From a virus (Duplodnaviria > Caudoviricetes): 54,801 nucleotides of DNA. Within the stretch, counting starts at the first letter, position 1. The number at the start of each line of letters is the position of its first letter. Below the pieces are notes generated by a model. The model was not told the DNA's origin. It saw only the letters and a list, made by a program, of their open reading frames with translations, and did no database searches. Shown one piece after another: positions 9,701 through 19,515 of the stretch. The DNA lies in the IMG/VR virus record IMGVR_UViG_3300030101_000387, positions 1 to 54,801 of that record. The stretch is one strand, 5' to 3'. The position numbers were made by a program, and so were the translations under genes.

Positions 9701-11620
9701 ATGAGCAACATTGCAAGAATGATGCAAAGAGCTACTGCAGGTGCAGGTGGTGCAAGTCTCGATGTAGACGAGGTGTTCAGCACTTATTTAGTGACAGGCA
9801 CAGGCTCTGCTTACAGTGTTAATAATGGTATTGATCTTTCTGGCGAAGGTGGATTGGTTTGGATAAAAGGTAGAAGTTCAAATGGATACAATCACACTTT
9901 GTATGATACCGAAAGGTCAGGAACTTTATTTAGTGATGCAACAAATGCTGCAAGTGATTACGCTTCAGAAATTGCATCTTATAATAATAATGGATTTACA
10001 ACTGTAAGTAGTGGAGCAGCATATAATAATGTAAGTGGAACAGACTACGTCAGTTGGACATTTCGCAAAGCCCCTAAATTTTTTGATGTTGTGACGTATA
10101 CAGGGAATGGAAGCAGCCCTAGAACTATAAATCACAATTTAAATGCAACAGTTGGTATGTTAGTAGTTAAATGTACCTCAAATACACAGTACTGGCACGT
10201 ATTACATAGAAGTCAAAATGCTTCAAAAGTATTATACTTAAATACGTCTGATGCTGAATACAATGATGTAAATGCTTGGGGTTCTACACATGCAACGTCA
10301 ACACAATTTACCGTAGGTTCAGCCTTAAATATTAGTGGTAGAGAATATGTAGTCTACCTATTCGCACACAATGATGGTGACGGTGGGTTCGGCCCTGACA
10401 GTGACCAAGATATTATTAAGTGTGGGAGTATTTCTGGCGCTAATGGACGTGCTGAATTGGGGTTTGAACCTCAATGGGTTTTATTAAAGTCATCAAATTA
10501 TAATGGTACTAACTGGATTATTTTAGATGTCATGCGAGGATTTGTTTCTAAATATGGTGACAATGCTGACACACATTTATGGGCTAATTTAACTAATGCA
10601 GAAGCAAACTATGAAGGCCCACATTTTGATGCTACTGGTTTTAATTTTGGTCAATCAGGTGATAACTACATCTACATGGCAATACGCAGAGGCCCACTAG
10701 CAGAGCCTACTAGTGCTAGTAATGTTTTCGCTGTTGATTTAAGCACAAGTAGCGGTAGTGGTGTGAACACACATGATCTTGGTTTTGTTCCAGATATGAA
10801 TATTAACGGAAGAACTACTGGTTCAACAAAGTACATAATGACAAGACTTATGGGTAGTCCAGACACTTCAGCAAAGTACCTTAGAACAGATGAAAATTTT
10901 GCAGAAGCAAATATAAATGGTGTAGAGTGGTTTGATGGGCCAACTGGAACTATAGACTTAGATACTGCGTGGTGGGTAAGCACTGCTAATAATATTAGTT
11001 GGACTTGGAAACGTGCTCCTGGTTTTTTTGATGTGGTTACATGGGACTCAGAATCAGTCACTACGTTAAACACAGTAAAACATAATCTTGGAATAAAGCC
11101 AGATTTAGTTATTCTTAAGTATCGTAAACTAGTCGATAATTGGTACGTTTATAACAGTCAAACAACAGGCTATTTAAATCTAGATACTAACGGTGCTACT
11201 GTAGGTAGTACTGATTATATGGCAAGTACAACAGCCACTGACTTGAATGTTACAGGTCTTGTGTCAAATCCTACAAATGATCCAATGGCACTATTGTTTG
11301 GCTCCGTATCAGGTGTAAGTAAAGTTGGAAGCTACACAGGTGATGGAACGACAGGACGTGTTATTGATTGCGGCTTTAGTAATGGCGCTAGTTTTGTTCT
11401 TATTAAAGGCACTTCTGCTAGTGGGTATAATTGGTGTGTGTGGGACTCTACTCGTGGGATTGTTTCTGGAAATGATCCGAAACTAACTTTAGATACTACA
11501 GATGCACAGCAAACAGGCTATGATTTTATTGACCCTCACAGTTCTGGCTTCAGCGTAACAAATCAACCTGACGTCAATAACAATGGTGTTACCTACATCT
11601 TCTACGCAATCGCAGCTTAA
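9701..11620 (+). CDS. putative receptor-binding/tail protein, paralogue 2
   Basis: 639 aa, colinear with 5962-7941 (NNGIDLSGEGGLV, FRKAPKFFDVVTYTG, YMAIRRGPLA, YIFYAIA). Confidence 0.7.
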   Translation: MSNIARMMQRATAGAGGASLDVDEVFSTYLVTGTGSAYSVNNGIDLSGEGGLVWIKGRSSNGYNHTLYDTERSGTLFSDATNAASDYASEIASYNNNGFTTVSSGAAYNNVSGTDYVSWTFRKAPKFFDVVTYTGNGSSPRTINHNLNATVGMLVVKCTSNTQYWHVLHRSQNASKVLYLNTSDAEYNDVNAWGSTHATSTQFTVGSALNISGREYVVYLFAHNDGDGGFGPDSDQDIIKCGSISGANGRAELGFEPQWVLLKSSNYNGTNWIILDVMRGFVSKYGDNADTHLWANLTNAEANYEGPHFDATGFNFGQSGDNYIYMAIRRGPLAEPTSASNVFAVDLSTSSGSGVNTHDLGFVPDMNINGRTTGSTKYIMTRLMGSPDTSAKYLRTDENFAEANINGVEWFDGPTGTIDLDTAWWVSTANNISWTWKRAPGFFDVVTWDSESVTTLNTVKHNLGIKPDLVILKYRKLVDNWYVYNSQTTGYLNLDTNGATVGSTDYMASTTATDLNVTGLVSNPTNDPMALLFGSVSGVSKVGSYTGDGTTGRVIDCGFSNGASFVLIKGTSASGYNWCVWDSTRGIVSGNDPKLTLDTTDAQQTGYDFIDPHSSGFSVTNQPDVNNNGVTYIFYAIAA

Positions 11621-11621
11621 C

Positions 11622-11876
11622 ATGAACAACATTACACTCACAATAGAACAGATAGAAGAGATGCTAGACAAAGCAGCTAGACGTGGTGCTAAAGAAGCAC
11701 TACGTTCTATTGGGTTACTTGATGATGATGCACAAAAAGATATACTAGAGATGCGTAACTTAATAGAGGCGTGGAGAGATACACGTAGGTCTATATGGTC
11801 TACAGTAGTTAAACTGGCTACCGTTGGAGTCCTGACATTTATTGCAGGTGCGGTATGGATGACAATGGGTAAGTAA
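11622..11876 (+). CDS. small membrane protein (DUF6127-like, possible holin)
   Basis: ATG 2 nt after the previous stop; AARRGAKEAL..IGL...D..EMR.L..AWR motif and one C-terminal TM helix. Confidence 0.6.
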   Translation: MNNITLTIEQIEEMLDKAARRGAKEALRSIGLLDDDAQKDILEMRNLIEAWRDTRRSIWSTVVKLATVGVLTFIAGAVWMTMGK

Positions 11877-11886
11877 GGAATAAGAT

Positions 11887-14800
11887 ATGGCACTAGAAGC
11901 GTATTTACAAACAGACGGACGGTTTTATCAAGCTGATGTAATAGATTCATTTACCGCACCAGATGGAACAGTGTATGAAGCTAGAGCAGGACATGCAGCT
12001 AATGGCATTGTTAAAATAACTACTAATGAAGATGGCTCTAAAAACGAAGAGGCTTTGACTTATAAGAAAACTGTAGGCGTTAGATATAAAGATAAAACTG
12101 CAGAATCAACTGCTAGAAAAAATACTCAACAAGTAACAGCAGACTTTAATGCATTTAAAAGTGCTGCAGAAGCTGCTGCAAATACTACAGAAGCTATAGG
12201 GTATACTGATGCTGATGTAACATCTGGTGGAGGAGGACTTTTTCAAAGAGATAAGGCTTCTTTCGTAACATTGACTGATGCTGCAGGTAATTCTATAGGT
12301 ACGGTAGGAACAAAAATAGGTTCGACAGGCGATGAAGTATCTGCATCAAAAAAATTAGCTAATGAAATTGTAGGTATAAACCAAGCGGCTATCTCTTTGT
12401 TGCCTGTAGATGACGAAGAAGAGATAGTAGATGGTGAAGAAGAGGTAGTAGATGAGGTAGTAAAGGAGCCAATTGTTGTTGATCCTGAACCACCTGTAGG
12501 TCCTCTACAGCCTGTAAACCCTGCTGTAGCAGGTGGTGCTTTTGAATCTGTAACACCTCCAACAACTGTACAACAAGTACCTGCAGGTGGTGTGCCTGTC
12601 GTTGATCCTGATGAATCTCAAACTGTAGTACAACAAGTGGCTCCTATAACTTATCAAGATGTTCCTGTAAGTATTACGCCAACTGGTACTACACCAGAAC
12701 AAATGACAACATCTCTAACATCACCTACAACAGCATACACTTCTGGTTTTGCACCTCCACAAACCGCTGTAACTGGAACTTTCTCACAGCCTCTGCAAAC
12801 TGCAGGACTTTCTGCTGTACCTCAACAAGTATCATACAAGACACACTATGCAGGCACACAAGGTGCAGTACCACAAACACTTGTAACTACTCAGCCAGGA
12901 ACAGGTGCTGCGTATCCTGCAGTATTTCAGGGATACCAAACTGTACCTTATGGTAATGATTTAGGACAAAGAATAATGATTACTGAATTTAATGGTGTAC
13001 CTACAACATATGTACCTCCAGGTTTTTTTAAAATAACTAAAGAAACAGAGACTACAGGCGCTGCAGATGGTGGCTTGATGGAGAATATGACACTAGAAGG
13101 TAAAGACCGTATATTCCGAAAGATGGGTTACAATGGTCCTAAGACACGAGAAGGTCACGCTAAGTTTGAGGAAGCTAACCCTGCTGCTAAAGCTAAAGGA
13201 CTTGCTATTGGTGGATACATACAGAAGTTTAACAAGGGTGGTACAGTACAAAGGTATGAGACAGGCGGTCTTACTACAGATCAATTAGCTCAAATGCAAG
13301 CCTCTGCTGTTAGGCAAACCATGCAGCCAATGCAACCTACCACAGCTATGATACAACCTACTGCTGCTGACTTCATTCCAGTAGATGCAGGTATGACTAC
13401 TCCTATAGCTCCCTTTGCTGAAGCTGCTACAGTAGGCACTGTACAACAAGCAGGTATGCCTGTTTTACCAACCGTAGCTACCGCCACTGCAGACCAAGTA
13501 ACTGATAAAGTAAAACTACAAACTGCAGGATTAAAAGCGGCTACAGGCACACCTACAAAAGATGTTGTCGCACAGCAGCAATCTGACACTTCCATAAGAG
13601 GCATGGAAGCAGCACTAGGAGATGCTATAAAAGTAGATGCACCTGATCCTAGAGAAATAAAAGAGGGTGAAATAATATCGGGTGAAGCAGATGCTACCAA
13701 AGCTGCTACATTTACTGAAGCAGTACAACACGCAGAAGCTACACCAAGTAAACAGGCAACAGTTGCAGGTCAGCTAGAAACATTGATGGCTGACTTTGAG
13801 GGTGGTGAGACACCTGCTTGGGCTGCAGGATCTATGCGTACCGCAATGGCTACACTCTCTGCTCGTGGTCTTGGTGCGTCTAGTCTTGCAGGTCAAGCTG
13901 TGGTGCAAGCTGCAATGGAGGCAGCATTACCTATCGCTCAGATGGATGCGGCTACTATAGCACAGTTTGAAGCACAGAACTTGTCTAACAGACAGCAAAG
14001 ACAGATACTTGCCGCACAGCAACGTGCTACATTTATGGGTATGGAGTTTGACCAAGCCTTTCAAGCTCGTGTAGCTAACTCTGCTCGTATCGGTGACATT
14101 GCTAACATGAACTTCACGGCTGAACAACAGATAGCCTTGGAGAACTCTCGTGCAGCAAACACTATGGAGTTATCCGACTTGTCTAACAGACAAGCTATGG
14201 TAATGGCTGAGGCTGCTGCATTGTCACAACTTGATATGGCAAACCTCAACAACAGACAACAAGCTGCTGTACAACAAGCCGCTAACTTCTTACAGATGGA
14301 TATGGCTAACTTGTCTAACGAACAACAGACTTCTATGTTCAAGACACAGCAAAACATACAGGCTCTGTTCACAGATCAAGCTGCAGAGAATGCTAATGAA
14401 CAGTTTAACGCATCTAGTGAAAACCAAGTAAATCAGTTCTTTGCTAATCTAGCTAACCAGACTTCACAGTTCAATGCTACACAACAGAATGCTATGGATC
14501 AGTTCAACGTCAACAGTGTGAATGCATTGCGTGAGTTTAACTCTCAGATTCAGCAACAGCGTGACTTGTTTAATGCACAGAATGGTTTGGTCATAGCACA
14601 GTCTAATGCTGCGTGGAGACAGAGTATAGCTACAATCAATACAGCTACACAGAACCAAAGCAACATGGACTTTGCTAAAGTGATCAACGGATTGACTGCA
14701 GCTAACATGGATCAGATATGGCAACGTGAGCGTGACCTTATGAGTTTTGCATTCCAGTTAGAGAATAACAATGCTGATCGTGCCACAACTATTGCCGTAC

Positions 14801-14910
14801 AAGAACTAGCCAATGAAGCAGCAGCAAGTACTGCAGCAGCAAGTAAGAGTGGATCATTTGCAAGAGCTATAGGCTCTGTCGTAGGTGCGGTAATAACAGG
14901 TCCAAAATAA
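11887..14910 (+). CDS. internal virion (ejection) protein
   Basis: 1007 aa with Pro/Thr-rich linker, Gln/Asn/Ala-rich NLSNRQQ repeats and hydrophobic Gly-rich C-terminus; lies after the tail genes. Confidence 0.65.
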   Translation: MALEAYLQTDGRFYQADVIDSFTAPDGTVYEARAGHAANGIVKITTNEDGSKNEEALTYKKTVGVRYKDKTAESTARKNTQQVTADFNAFKSAAEAAANTTEAIGYTDADVTSGGGGLFQRDKASFVTLTDAAGNSIGTVGTKIGSTGDEVSASKKLANEIVGINQAAISLLPVDDEEEIVDGEEEVVDEVVKEPIVVDPEPPVGPLQPVNPAVAGGAFESVTPPTTVQQVPAGGVPVVDPDESQTVVQQVAPITYQDVPVSITPTGTTPEQMTTSLTSPTTAYTSGFAPPQTAVTGTFSQPLQTAGLSAVPQQVSYKTHYAGTQGAVPQTLVTTQPGTGAAYPAVFQGYQTVPYGNDLGQRIMITEFNGVPTTYVPPGFFKITKETETTGAADGGLMENMTLEGKDRIFRKMGYNGPKTREGHAKFEEANPAAKAKGLAIGGYIQKFNKGGTVQRYETGGLTTDQLAQMQASAVRQTMQPMQPTTAMIQPTAADFIPVDAGMTTPIAPFAEAATVGTVQQAGMPVLPTVATATADQVTDKVKLQTAGLKAATGTPTKDVVAQQQSDTSIRGMEAALGDAIKVDAPDPREIKEGEIISGEADATKAATFTEAVQHAEATPSKQATVAGQLETLMADFEGGETPAWAAGSMRTAMATLSARGLGASSLAGQAVVQAAMEAALPIAQMDAATIAQFEAQNLSNRQQRQILAAQQRATFMGMEFDQAFQARVANSARIGDIANMNFTAEQQIALENSRAANTMELSDLSNRQAMVMAEAAALSQLDMANLNNRQQAAVQQAANFLQMDMANLSNEQQTSMFKTQQNIQALFTDQAAENANEQFNASSENQVNQFFANLANQTSQFNATQQNAMDQFNVNSVNALREFNSQIQQQRDLFNAQNGLVIAQSNAAWRQSIATINTATQNQSNMDFAKVINGLTAANMDQIWQRERDLMSFAFQLENNNADRATTIAVQELANEAAASTAAASKSGSFARAIGSVVGAVITGPK

Positions 14911-16568
14911 TGGCAGAATATAAAACATTAGGCGGTTTAGACTTAGACATTGGTGGCTTCACTGAGTCTATTACTAGTAGGAGTAAGAAAACTCTAGAAG
15001 AAGTGTCTAGGAAGAATCGTGGCATAGGGGCAAAGCCTGTAGAAGAAACAGAAGAGATAGAATTAGACGATAACTTCTTAAAAGGTATAGCACAACTATT
15101 CAGAGACAATGGCTACGAACCTACACAACCTAGCGAAGATGTTACAACTACACCAAAAGACGAAGTGCTAGATGAATACTCTGAGCTAATGAAGAGTGAG
15201 ATTATTCAAGATGTAATGAAAGAAGTATCTACACTAGGTGAATCTCCAAATAAACTAGAAGATATATACACTAGTATGGACACAGACTTTGTGACGCTAG
15301 AGAATCAGCCCACAGTTGACAGTGAGGGTGAACTACTTGAGATAGAACAGACAGAACCATTAGGACTTATGAGTAAACCGTCTGGTGAAACATTAGTAGA
15401 CAGAACTGAGTCACCCTCAATGCCAGATGAAGCTGCGCCAACAGAAGAAGTAAGTGTAGATAAAAAAATATTAAGCCCTGCATTTCTTAACGCTATTGGT
15501 ATTACAGGAAGCTTGACTGAAAAGGGTGTGCAGAGTGAGGTTAAAAAGATACTAAAAGAACAAGGAATGTCGGATGAAGAGATTGCTAATCTTGTTAATA
15601 AGTCTCTTGCTGCTGAGGTGCAGCCTACAGATATACCCGAATTTAGCGAAGAAGAGTTAAGGCTTAGTTTTACTGAATACCCTTCAACTGAAGAGAAAGC
15701 AATAGCATACGCTAGTGATATATACCCTAATAATAAAGTAGCTGCTGCAGCTTTGGCTGCAACAATTCAATTTGAAGGTATGGAAAGTCCTGTTGAATTA
15801 ATAGGAACAAATGAAAAATATAGTCTTAAAAAAGTTTTGCATCCTAACACAAAAAAGGCTCCTTTAAAAAGAAACGATCAGAAAATATATGAGATACTAG
15901 GTTTTCCAAAACAGACAGATGATGATGGTAATATTGTTTATCTAGAAAGACCAAAAACTATTTTAAATAAAGAAGTTCAAGAAGCCTTAAATAAAAAAGG
16001 AATTGATGTAGGTAATGTAGACGGTATAATAGGTAAAAATACAATTTCTGGGATTAAAAGATTTCAAAAAATAAAAGGCTTAAATGTAACAGGGAAGCTA
16101 GACCCTGAAACCTATAAAAAATTAAATATAGAATATAGAGAGTTAGATCATGTAGGACAGCCAATAGCTATGCATGTTGTTAAAAACCCTCCTGAACATA
16201 TACCTCCAGATAAAGCAGAAGAAATATTTGATATTAGATATAATGATCATTACAAAAGCATAAAAATGGGTAATGTAGGAGATAAAAAGTTTGCTACCTA
16301 TAGAGGTAGAGGCCCTATTCAAATTACAGGTATGGATACATATAGAAAAGTAGGAGATGCTATAGGTGTTGATCTTATTAAGAATCCTGATCTCTTAGCA
16401 ACAAATAATGCCGTATCAAAAGCTGCAGTAAAAGCTTACTTAAAAATGAAAGGCTTTTCAAATTACAGTACACCAGAAGAAATGCTAAAAAGTATAAATC
16501 CTGGTGAAAAAAATATTGTTGAGAAAAGATTTCCAACTTATGAAAAATATTTGAAAGAAATAAATTAA
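14910..16568 (+). CDS. virion-associated peptidoglycan hydrolase (GH19-like with peptidoglycan-binding domain)
   Basis: YRGRGPIQITG..TY..VG..IGVDL..NPDLLA (GH19) and VQEALN.KG...G.VDGIIG..T...I..FQ...GL..TG..D..T (PG-binding); acidic N-terminus. Confidence 0.8.
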   Translation: MAEYKTLGGLDLDIGGFTESITSRSKKTLEEVSRKNRGIGAKPVEETEEIELDDNFLKGIAQLFRDNGYEPTQPSEDVTTTPKDEVLDEYSELMKSEIIQDVMKEVSTLGESPNKLEDIYTSMDTDFVTLENQPTVDSEGELLEIEQTEPLGLMSKPSGETLVDRTESPSMPDEAAPTEEVSVDKKILSPAFLNAIGITGSLTEKGVQSEVKKILKEQGMSDEEIANLVNKSLAAEVQPTDIPEFSEEELRLSFTEYPSTEEKAIAYASDIYPNNKVAAAALAATIQFEGMESPVELIGTNEKYSLKKVLHPNTKKAPLKRNDQKIYEILGFPKQTDDDGNIVYLERPKTILNKEVQEALNKKGIDVGNVDGIIGKNTISGIKRFQKIKGLNVTGKLDPETYKKLNIEYRELDHVGQPIAMHVVKNPPEHIPPDKAEEIFDIRYNDHYKSIKMGNVGDKKFATYRGRGPIQITGMDTYRKVGDAIGVDLIKNPDLLATNNAVSKAAVKAYLKMKGFSNYSTPEEMLKSINPGEKNIVEKRFPTYEKYLKEIN

Positions 16569-17011
16569 TGTTTGGATTACCGCTAGAACTAATCACAATG
16601 CTCTTCTCCACTATACTAGGTGGAGTCATGTCTATCTGGGGTCAGTCAATGAAGAACCGCCAGATGCAACAAGAGATGTTGATGCAACGTGCAGAGTTCA
16701 ATCGTAGTGCTGTAGCTGATGCAAGAGATGCAGGTAAGAATGACAAGCACTTTGCATGGACACGTAGGCTTATAGCTTTATCTGCTGTATTTTCTATAAT
16801 CGTATTGCCTAAATTAGTAGCTGTGTGGTATCCTGAAGTTAGTGTTTATGTAGGATACACTGAGGCTACTGGCGGTTTCTTTAGCTGGATGTTTGGACCA
16901 GACGAAGCTATTAAATGGAAAATGGCTCAGGGATTTGTAATCACACCACTAGATACACACATCGTATCAGCCATAGTAGGACTATACTTTGGCGCAGGGT
17001 TTACTAAATAG
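16568..17011 (+). CDS. membrane protein, possible holin
   Basis: 147 aa with about 3 hydrophobic segments, WTRR.IAL and I.GLYFG motifs; coupled to the hydrolase gene. Confidence 0.55.
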   Translation: MFGLPLELITMLFSTILGGVMSIWGQSMKNRQMQQEMLMQRAEFNRSAVADARDAGKNDKHFAWTRRLIALSAVFSIIVLPKLVAVWYPEVSVYVGYTEATGGFFSWMFGPDEAIKWKMAQGFVITPLDTHIVSAIVGLYFGAGFTK

Positions 17012-17022
17012 GATATAATAAC

Positions 17023-17586
17023 ATGGCATCATTTCTTGAAGCACCAATAGCAGGACAGTCTCTGACAGATGAACCTAAGAACTGGCCTTGGGAAAATCCA
17101 CCTGAGATGGTTGATCCTGATGAAGTAACTAAATATTACATCAATAGATTAGCTAATGAAGAGGTTATGGATGATCTGTCCGTACTCTTTGGTGGTGACA
17201 TGCCTGTAGCTCCGTTTGTTAAAACGCTAATGACTACAGGTGTTATGAACGGACTGCACAGTGTGGATGTAAGCTTGATTGTAGCTCCTGTCATACACGA
17301 GTTTATTAAAGCATCGATGACTACATATGGCATAGAAGTAAGAGATGACATAGAAGACCCTGAAGAGGCACTCAAAGATCGTGAGAAAAAACGTTTGTCA
17401 CTAGCTATAGAACTAGCAGTAGCTGACGCTAAAGGTAAAGAAGGTGATGTAGGTCTGGACTTGTTGAAGACATTACAAGGTACTCTGGAAGAAGAAACAG
17501 ACGATGTGCCACAGGAAGAAATGGAAGATGAAATGGAAGTAAGCGAAATGGCTGAACCCCAAGGCTTGATGGCAAGAGGAGCTTAG
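17023..17586 (+). CDS. conserved acidic virion protein
   Basis: 187 aa, PIAGQSLT.EP..WPWENPP motif. Confidence 0.6.
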   Translation: MASFLEAPIAGQSLTDEPKNWPWENPPEMVDPDEVTKYYINRLANEEVMDDLSVLFGGDMPVAPFVKTLMTTGVMNGLHSVDVSLIVAPVIHEFIKASMTTYGIEVRDDIEDPEEALKDREKKRLSLAIELAVADAKGKEGDVGLDLLKTLQGTLEEETDDVPQEEMEDEMEVSEMAEPQGLMARGA

Positions 17587-17589
17587 AAT

Positions 17590-19506
17590 ATGGGATTTGA
17601 TTGGAGAGCATTCGCTGAAGGGTTTGCTGAAACAGCAGCAGAGAACATAAAAGAAAAAGGTAAAGAAGCTCGTAAATACAGATTAGAACAAGAGCAGTTA
17701 GCTAAAGATAACATTATGAAGATCTCTAGGCGTAACTCTGTAGTCAACGAGGTGCTAGGTCTTACTAACTACTTAGAGGATCAAGGTGTAAGTACTGCAC
17801 AAATGCAAGCTGCAATAGCAAGTGGACCTCAAGCTATACAAGATTTGTCTACTAAAGTTAGAACAGCAGTTGAGGCTAATGGCGGTAGGAAGCTGAGTGA
17901 TACTGAAGTAGACATGATCATAAAACTACCAGAGGGTTTTCAAGCCCTTGATATGGACATGGATCAGTACGTAAGAAAAACGTATGGCCTTGGTTTAGAA
18001 ACAAAAGGTGCTACTGCAGAAAAACCAGACATAGGTTTCTTTGATAGACTTACTGGTGAAGCAGCTATGATGAGTTCTAAGTACAAGCTTGGTAGTGATA
18101 TTATCTATGATGGATATACTGCTGAAGATATAAATATGTTAGCACGACAGCAAGAGTATGAAGCAATACAGCCATCTACTTACGCAGTGATAGCAGACAT
18201 GAAACGCTACGACTTAAAAGCTAAGAAGTTTGTAAGTGATAGTATAGATAACTTTATTGCAGATAAAATAAGAATTGATAAAGTTTATGAAAAGGCTGTA
18301 GATGACTTAGCAAAACTTGCTGCAAGAGGCAGGTTAACTGTAAACAAAGAAACAGGATTAACTATACTTGAACAAGAGGCTAAAGACAATCCTGATGATA
18401 AGATTCTTCAAAATGAATTAACAAACTATATAGCATCAAAGACTAAAGTAAGATCTGTTGAAATGCCTATTTATAAAGATGTATATGATGAAACTATTGA
18501 TACATATGGTATATCAGCATTTGAAGACTTAGAAGATAGTATGAAAGCCAACGTAGGTGAAGAGTATGTAGAGCAAATGCGTGAATTGCTTGGCTTGCAA
18601 AAAAGTGATGCAGATACAGATAGTTCTGTTGATGCGGCAACTATAGAGGCATTAGGAGAAGTGCCTACAACTAAGAAAATATTTGAGGACATTGAGTTTA
18701 CTGTAACAAAGTCTGATTCAGAAGGTAATCCTCTTGAAGTTATAACTGATGGTGGCAATACTTACACACCAGAGAGTGAAGGGTGGGATGTACTAGTACA
18801 GCATCTAAACAAGAAAGAAACACCTGTAGGTCCAGTAGAAAAGCAAGTCCTCAAAACATTAAACCTAGAAGAGATAGACATTACAGAGAATGTAGCAATC
18901 AGTGAACTTAAAACAGAAGATCCTGTAGAAAAAATGTTGGAGCTAGAGCCTCCTAAGACTGATGTTAAAATAGAAGCCCCAACTGAAACTGCAGAAGAAA
19001 TGGGTATCCGTAAAGCTGCGCTGTACATGGATAGAGATAGAGTTACCTTTGAAGAGTGGGAAGAGATGGGTCCAAACGCTAGGAAGCTACTTGGTCTACC
19101 CACATCTAAGGTTGGTGCACAGAACGCTACAGAGAATGGCTTCATAGAATTACCTAAAGGTAGAGTAAAGCGTGAGACTATTGCTGCACGTATGGCAGAG
19201 CTAGAGCCAGGATCTAAAAAGGTATTAAGCTTAAGAGATAAACTAAAGAGACTCTTCCCCAGAACTACCGATGAAGAAATAGAAAAAGGTATGGATACAG
19301 GTGCTATTACAGAGTTAGATATATCTGTGATGGCTGACTTTGGTGAAGACATATTTAAGTATATGCAAGAGCAAGGTCTGGATGAAGACTCAGAAGCCTT
19401 TGACATTATGAGAGCACTTAGTGAGTGGGCAGATGCAAACAATAAGAGACTGCCATACAACATGGGATTCCTAACGTTACAATTTCAAAAAGCATTTAGA
19501 GGGTAG
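17590..19506 (+). CDS. internal virion protein
   Basis: 638 aa helical and acidic; N-terminal FDW.AFA.GF amphipathic motif; within the ejection-protein cluster. Confidence 0.55.
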   Translation: MGFDWRAFAEGFAETAAENIKEKGKEARKYRLEQEQLAKDNIMKISRRNSVVNEVLGLTNYLEDQGVSTAQMQAAIASGPQAIQDLSTKVRTAVEANGGRKLSDTEVDMIIKLPEGFQALDMDMDQYVRKTYGLGLETKGATAEKPDIGFFDRLTGEAAMMSSKYKLGSDIIYDGYTAEDINMLARQQEYEAIQPSTYAVIADMKRYDLKAKKFVSDSIDNFIADKIRIDKVYEKAVDDLAKLAARGRLTVNKETGLTILEQEAKDNPDDKILQNELTNYIASKTKVRSVEMPIYKDVYDETIDTYGISAFEDLEDSMKANVGEEYVEQMRELLGLQKSDADTDSSVDAATIEALGEVPTTKKIFEDIEFTVTKSDSEGNPLEVITDGGNTYTPESEGWDVLVQHLNKKETPVGPVEKQVLKTLNLEEIDITENVAISELKTEDPVEKMLELEPPKTDVKIEAPTETAEEMGIRKAALYMDRDRVTFEEWEEMGPNARKLLGLPTSKVGAQNATENGFIELPKGRVKRETIAARMAELEPGSKKVLSLRDKLKRLFPRTTDEEIEKGMDTGAITELDISVMADFGEDIFKYMQEQGLDEDSEAFDIMRALSEWADANNKRLPYNMGFLTLQFQKAFRG

Positions 19507-19515
19507 ATTATTAAT

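Noticed and set aside
5962-11620. Diversity-generating retroelement or invertible shufflon for tail genes
   Set aside because: No reverse transcriptase, no adenine-specific TR/VR pair and no inverted recombination sites seen; both copies are intact same-strand genes
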